NCBI GenBank assembly: GCA_964270895.1
Contig: OZ185437.1
Source: Podarcis filfolensis
Lineage: Eukaryota
Direction: 5' to 3' (one strand)
Length of the DNA: 64,000 bases
Both the position numbers and the translations under genes were made by a program. Shown here in pieces: positions 62,526 to 64,000 of this stretch (within the stretch, counting starts at the first letter, position 1; the number at the start of each line of letters is the position of its first letter). The notes beneath the pieces are model-generated. The model was not told where the DNA came from. It saw only the letters and a program-made list of their open reading frames with translations, and did not search any database.

Positions 62526-62774
62526 ACCCTTACTGACCACAGGTCATGATAGTTGAAGCTGCTGAGAATTAAAGCCCAACAACAAATGGGGGGTGACAGT
62601 TTCCCTGGCCCTGCAGTAATTAGACTCTGCCTCTCACACAACTTAGGTCCATTAACTCCAATGAGTCTACTCTGAGCGTAACTTGGTTGGATATAGCTCA
62701 CAGGGACTCTGTAGTTTTCCTTCCCTTGTATCCAGCTCTGCCGTCCTTTATAAAAGTTGAGAGGAATCACTCAC

Positions 62775-62927
62775 CTAATGATACTCTAGCAGGCACAGCC
62801 CTGCGATCGATCCAGAATGACACCCAAGATAGCATGACCATGAGTGTGGCTGGAAAATATGTTTGCAGCAAAAAGAAAAAGATGTGGCGACGTAACGTGA
62901 AGTTAATGTACAAGCGATTGTACCAAC
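62775..62927 (-). CDS. GABRR2: GABA-A receptor rho2, third-last coding exon (TM1 and start of TM2), 153 nt
   Basis: Encodes (G)WYNRLYINF...IDRRAVPARVSL(G). The 2' Ser is diagnostic of rho2. GT-AG boundaries. Confidence 0.96.
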   Translation of the reverse strand, partial: VGTIACTLTSRYVATSFSFCCKHIFQPHSWSCYLGCHSGSIAGLCLLEYH

Positions 62928-63132
62928 CTGTTAGGGAGAAAATGGCAGCTATTAAAAATGTGTGGTAGGCCTCCTTATGGCAGTATGAGCAATAATTAGG
63001 TGAGACATAGTATGTAATACAGAGATAAAAGTCCAGCAAAGGGAGGACAGGGATAAAGGATGGTTCTGAAAGTACAAAAATAGAAGAACAGAAAAGTAGA
63101 CAAGGAAGAAATACTAATATTATATACTATTA

Positions 63133-63358
63133 CAATGGTACCTCAGGTTAAGTACTTAATTTGTTCTGGAGGTCCGTACTTAACCTGAAACTGTTCTTAA
63201 CCTGAAGCACCACTTTAGCTAATGGGGCCTCCTGCTGCTGCCGCGCCGCTGAAGCCCAATTTCTGTTCTCATCCTGAAGCAAAGTTCTTAACCTGAAGCA
63301 CTATTTCTGGGTTAGAGGAGTTTGCAACCTGAAGCGTATGTAACCTGAGGTACCACTG
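63133..63358. mobile_element. Tc1/mariner (Tigger-like) MITE
   Basis: TA|CAATGGTACCTC...GAGGTACCACTG|TA. Internal sequence is similar to the 54772 copy. Confidence 0.85.
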
Positions 63359-63610
63359 TATATAGATAACACTTTCTCTGTGTGATTAAATTTAAAGAAT
63401 TAATTTTGACTTCAGAACAAGTTTCTATTCTCATTTTACAAATGTGGAGTGAGACTGAGAGTGACTTTGCCAAAGGATTTACACAGTGAGGAACTTAATA
63501 CTGTTAGTATTAAACTACCATATAAAATGACACTTTTGTTCCTTAACAGCAGGTTGGGGATCATTAACATATACACAGAGTGCCTTTGTGCTTGTGGAAG
63601 TTATTATCTA

Positions 63611-63754
63611 GTGTGGTGGAGTCTCCTTCTTTGGAGGTCTTTAAGCAGAGGCTTGACAACCATATGTCAGGAGTGCTCTGATGGTGTTTCCTGCTTGGCA
63701 GGGGGTTGGACTCGATGGTCCTTGTGGTCTCTTCTAACTCTATGATTCTATGAT
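63611..63754 (+). mobile_element. CR1 3' end fragment
   Basis: GGTTGGACTCGATGG...TCTAACTCTATGATTCTATGAT tail. Confidence 0.85.
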
Positions 63755-64000
63755 CTTAGAAGATCGCACAGCTTTTGGTAAACTTAGTACCATCCACTGA
63801 TCTCCAGTATTTTCACACCTTTTTTGCATTTCCACGTTGAAGCCTACATTATATAGAACATGCGGATGATTTTAAAATGGCTTGCTCATGCTTTGATTGC
63901 ATCCACGCATGCATGGAAATAGCATGATAAAGTTTCGAAGGTGCTTATTAAGGTCAGACTAGAGAATAAAAAAAGAGACACCAGAATGCAAATATATCAG

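Overview
Squamate genomic DNA, most likely a lacertid lizard judging from the Podarcis-type Sauria SINEs. The window holds the complete coding sequence of GABRR1 (GABA-A receptor rho1) on the minus strand. I read 10 coding exons from 37119 to 7631, all with GT-AG boundaries and compatible phases, totalling 1440 nt or 479 aa. The last three coding exons of its tandem paralogue GABRR2 (rho2) lie at 59562-62927, also on the minus strand. About 760 bp past the GABRR1 stop is a young, apparently full-length single-ORF L2 LINE (~3104-6872). It has an intact 1010-aa endonuclease/RT ORF, a 3' hairpin with an (ATT)n tail, and a 5' UTR built from 125-bp tandem monomers that each carry a GC-box and a TATA box. 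The rest is a typical squamate repeat landscape: Sauria SINEs, other tRNA- and CORE-SINEs, CR1/L2 fragments, solo LTRs, hAT and Tc1/mariner MITEs, and microsatellites. Best leads: (1) an exon-confined gene-conversion signal between rho1 and rho2 over the TM2-TM3 exon; (2) the L2 monomer promoter array; (3) a Sauria SINE with a twin-priming inversion; (4) phase-compatible plus-strand exon candidates in the first 2 kb that I cannot identify. All alignments and counts were done by eye, and repeat family names are from recall rather than a database search.
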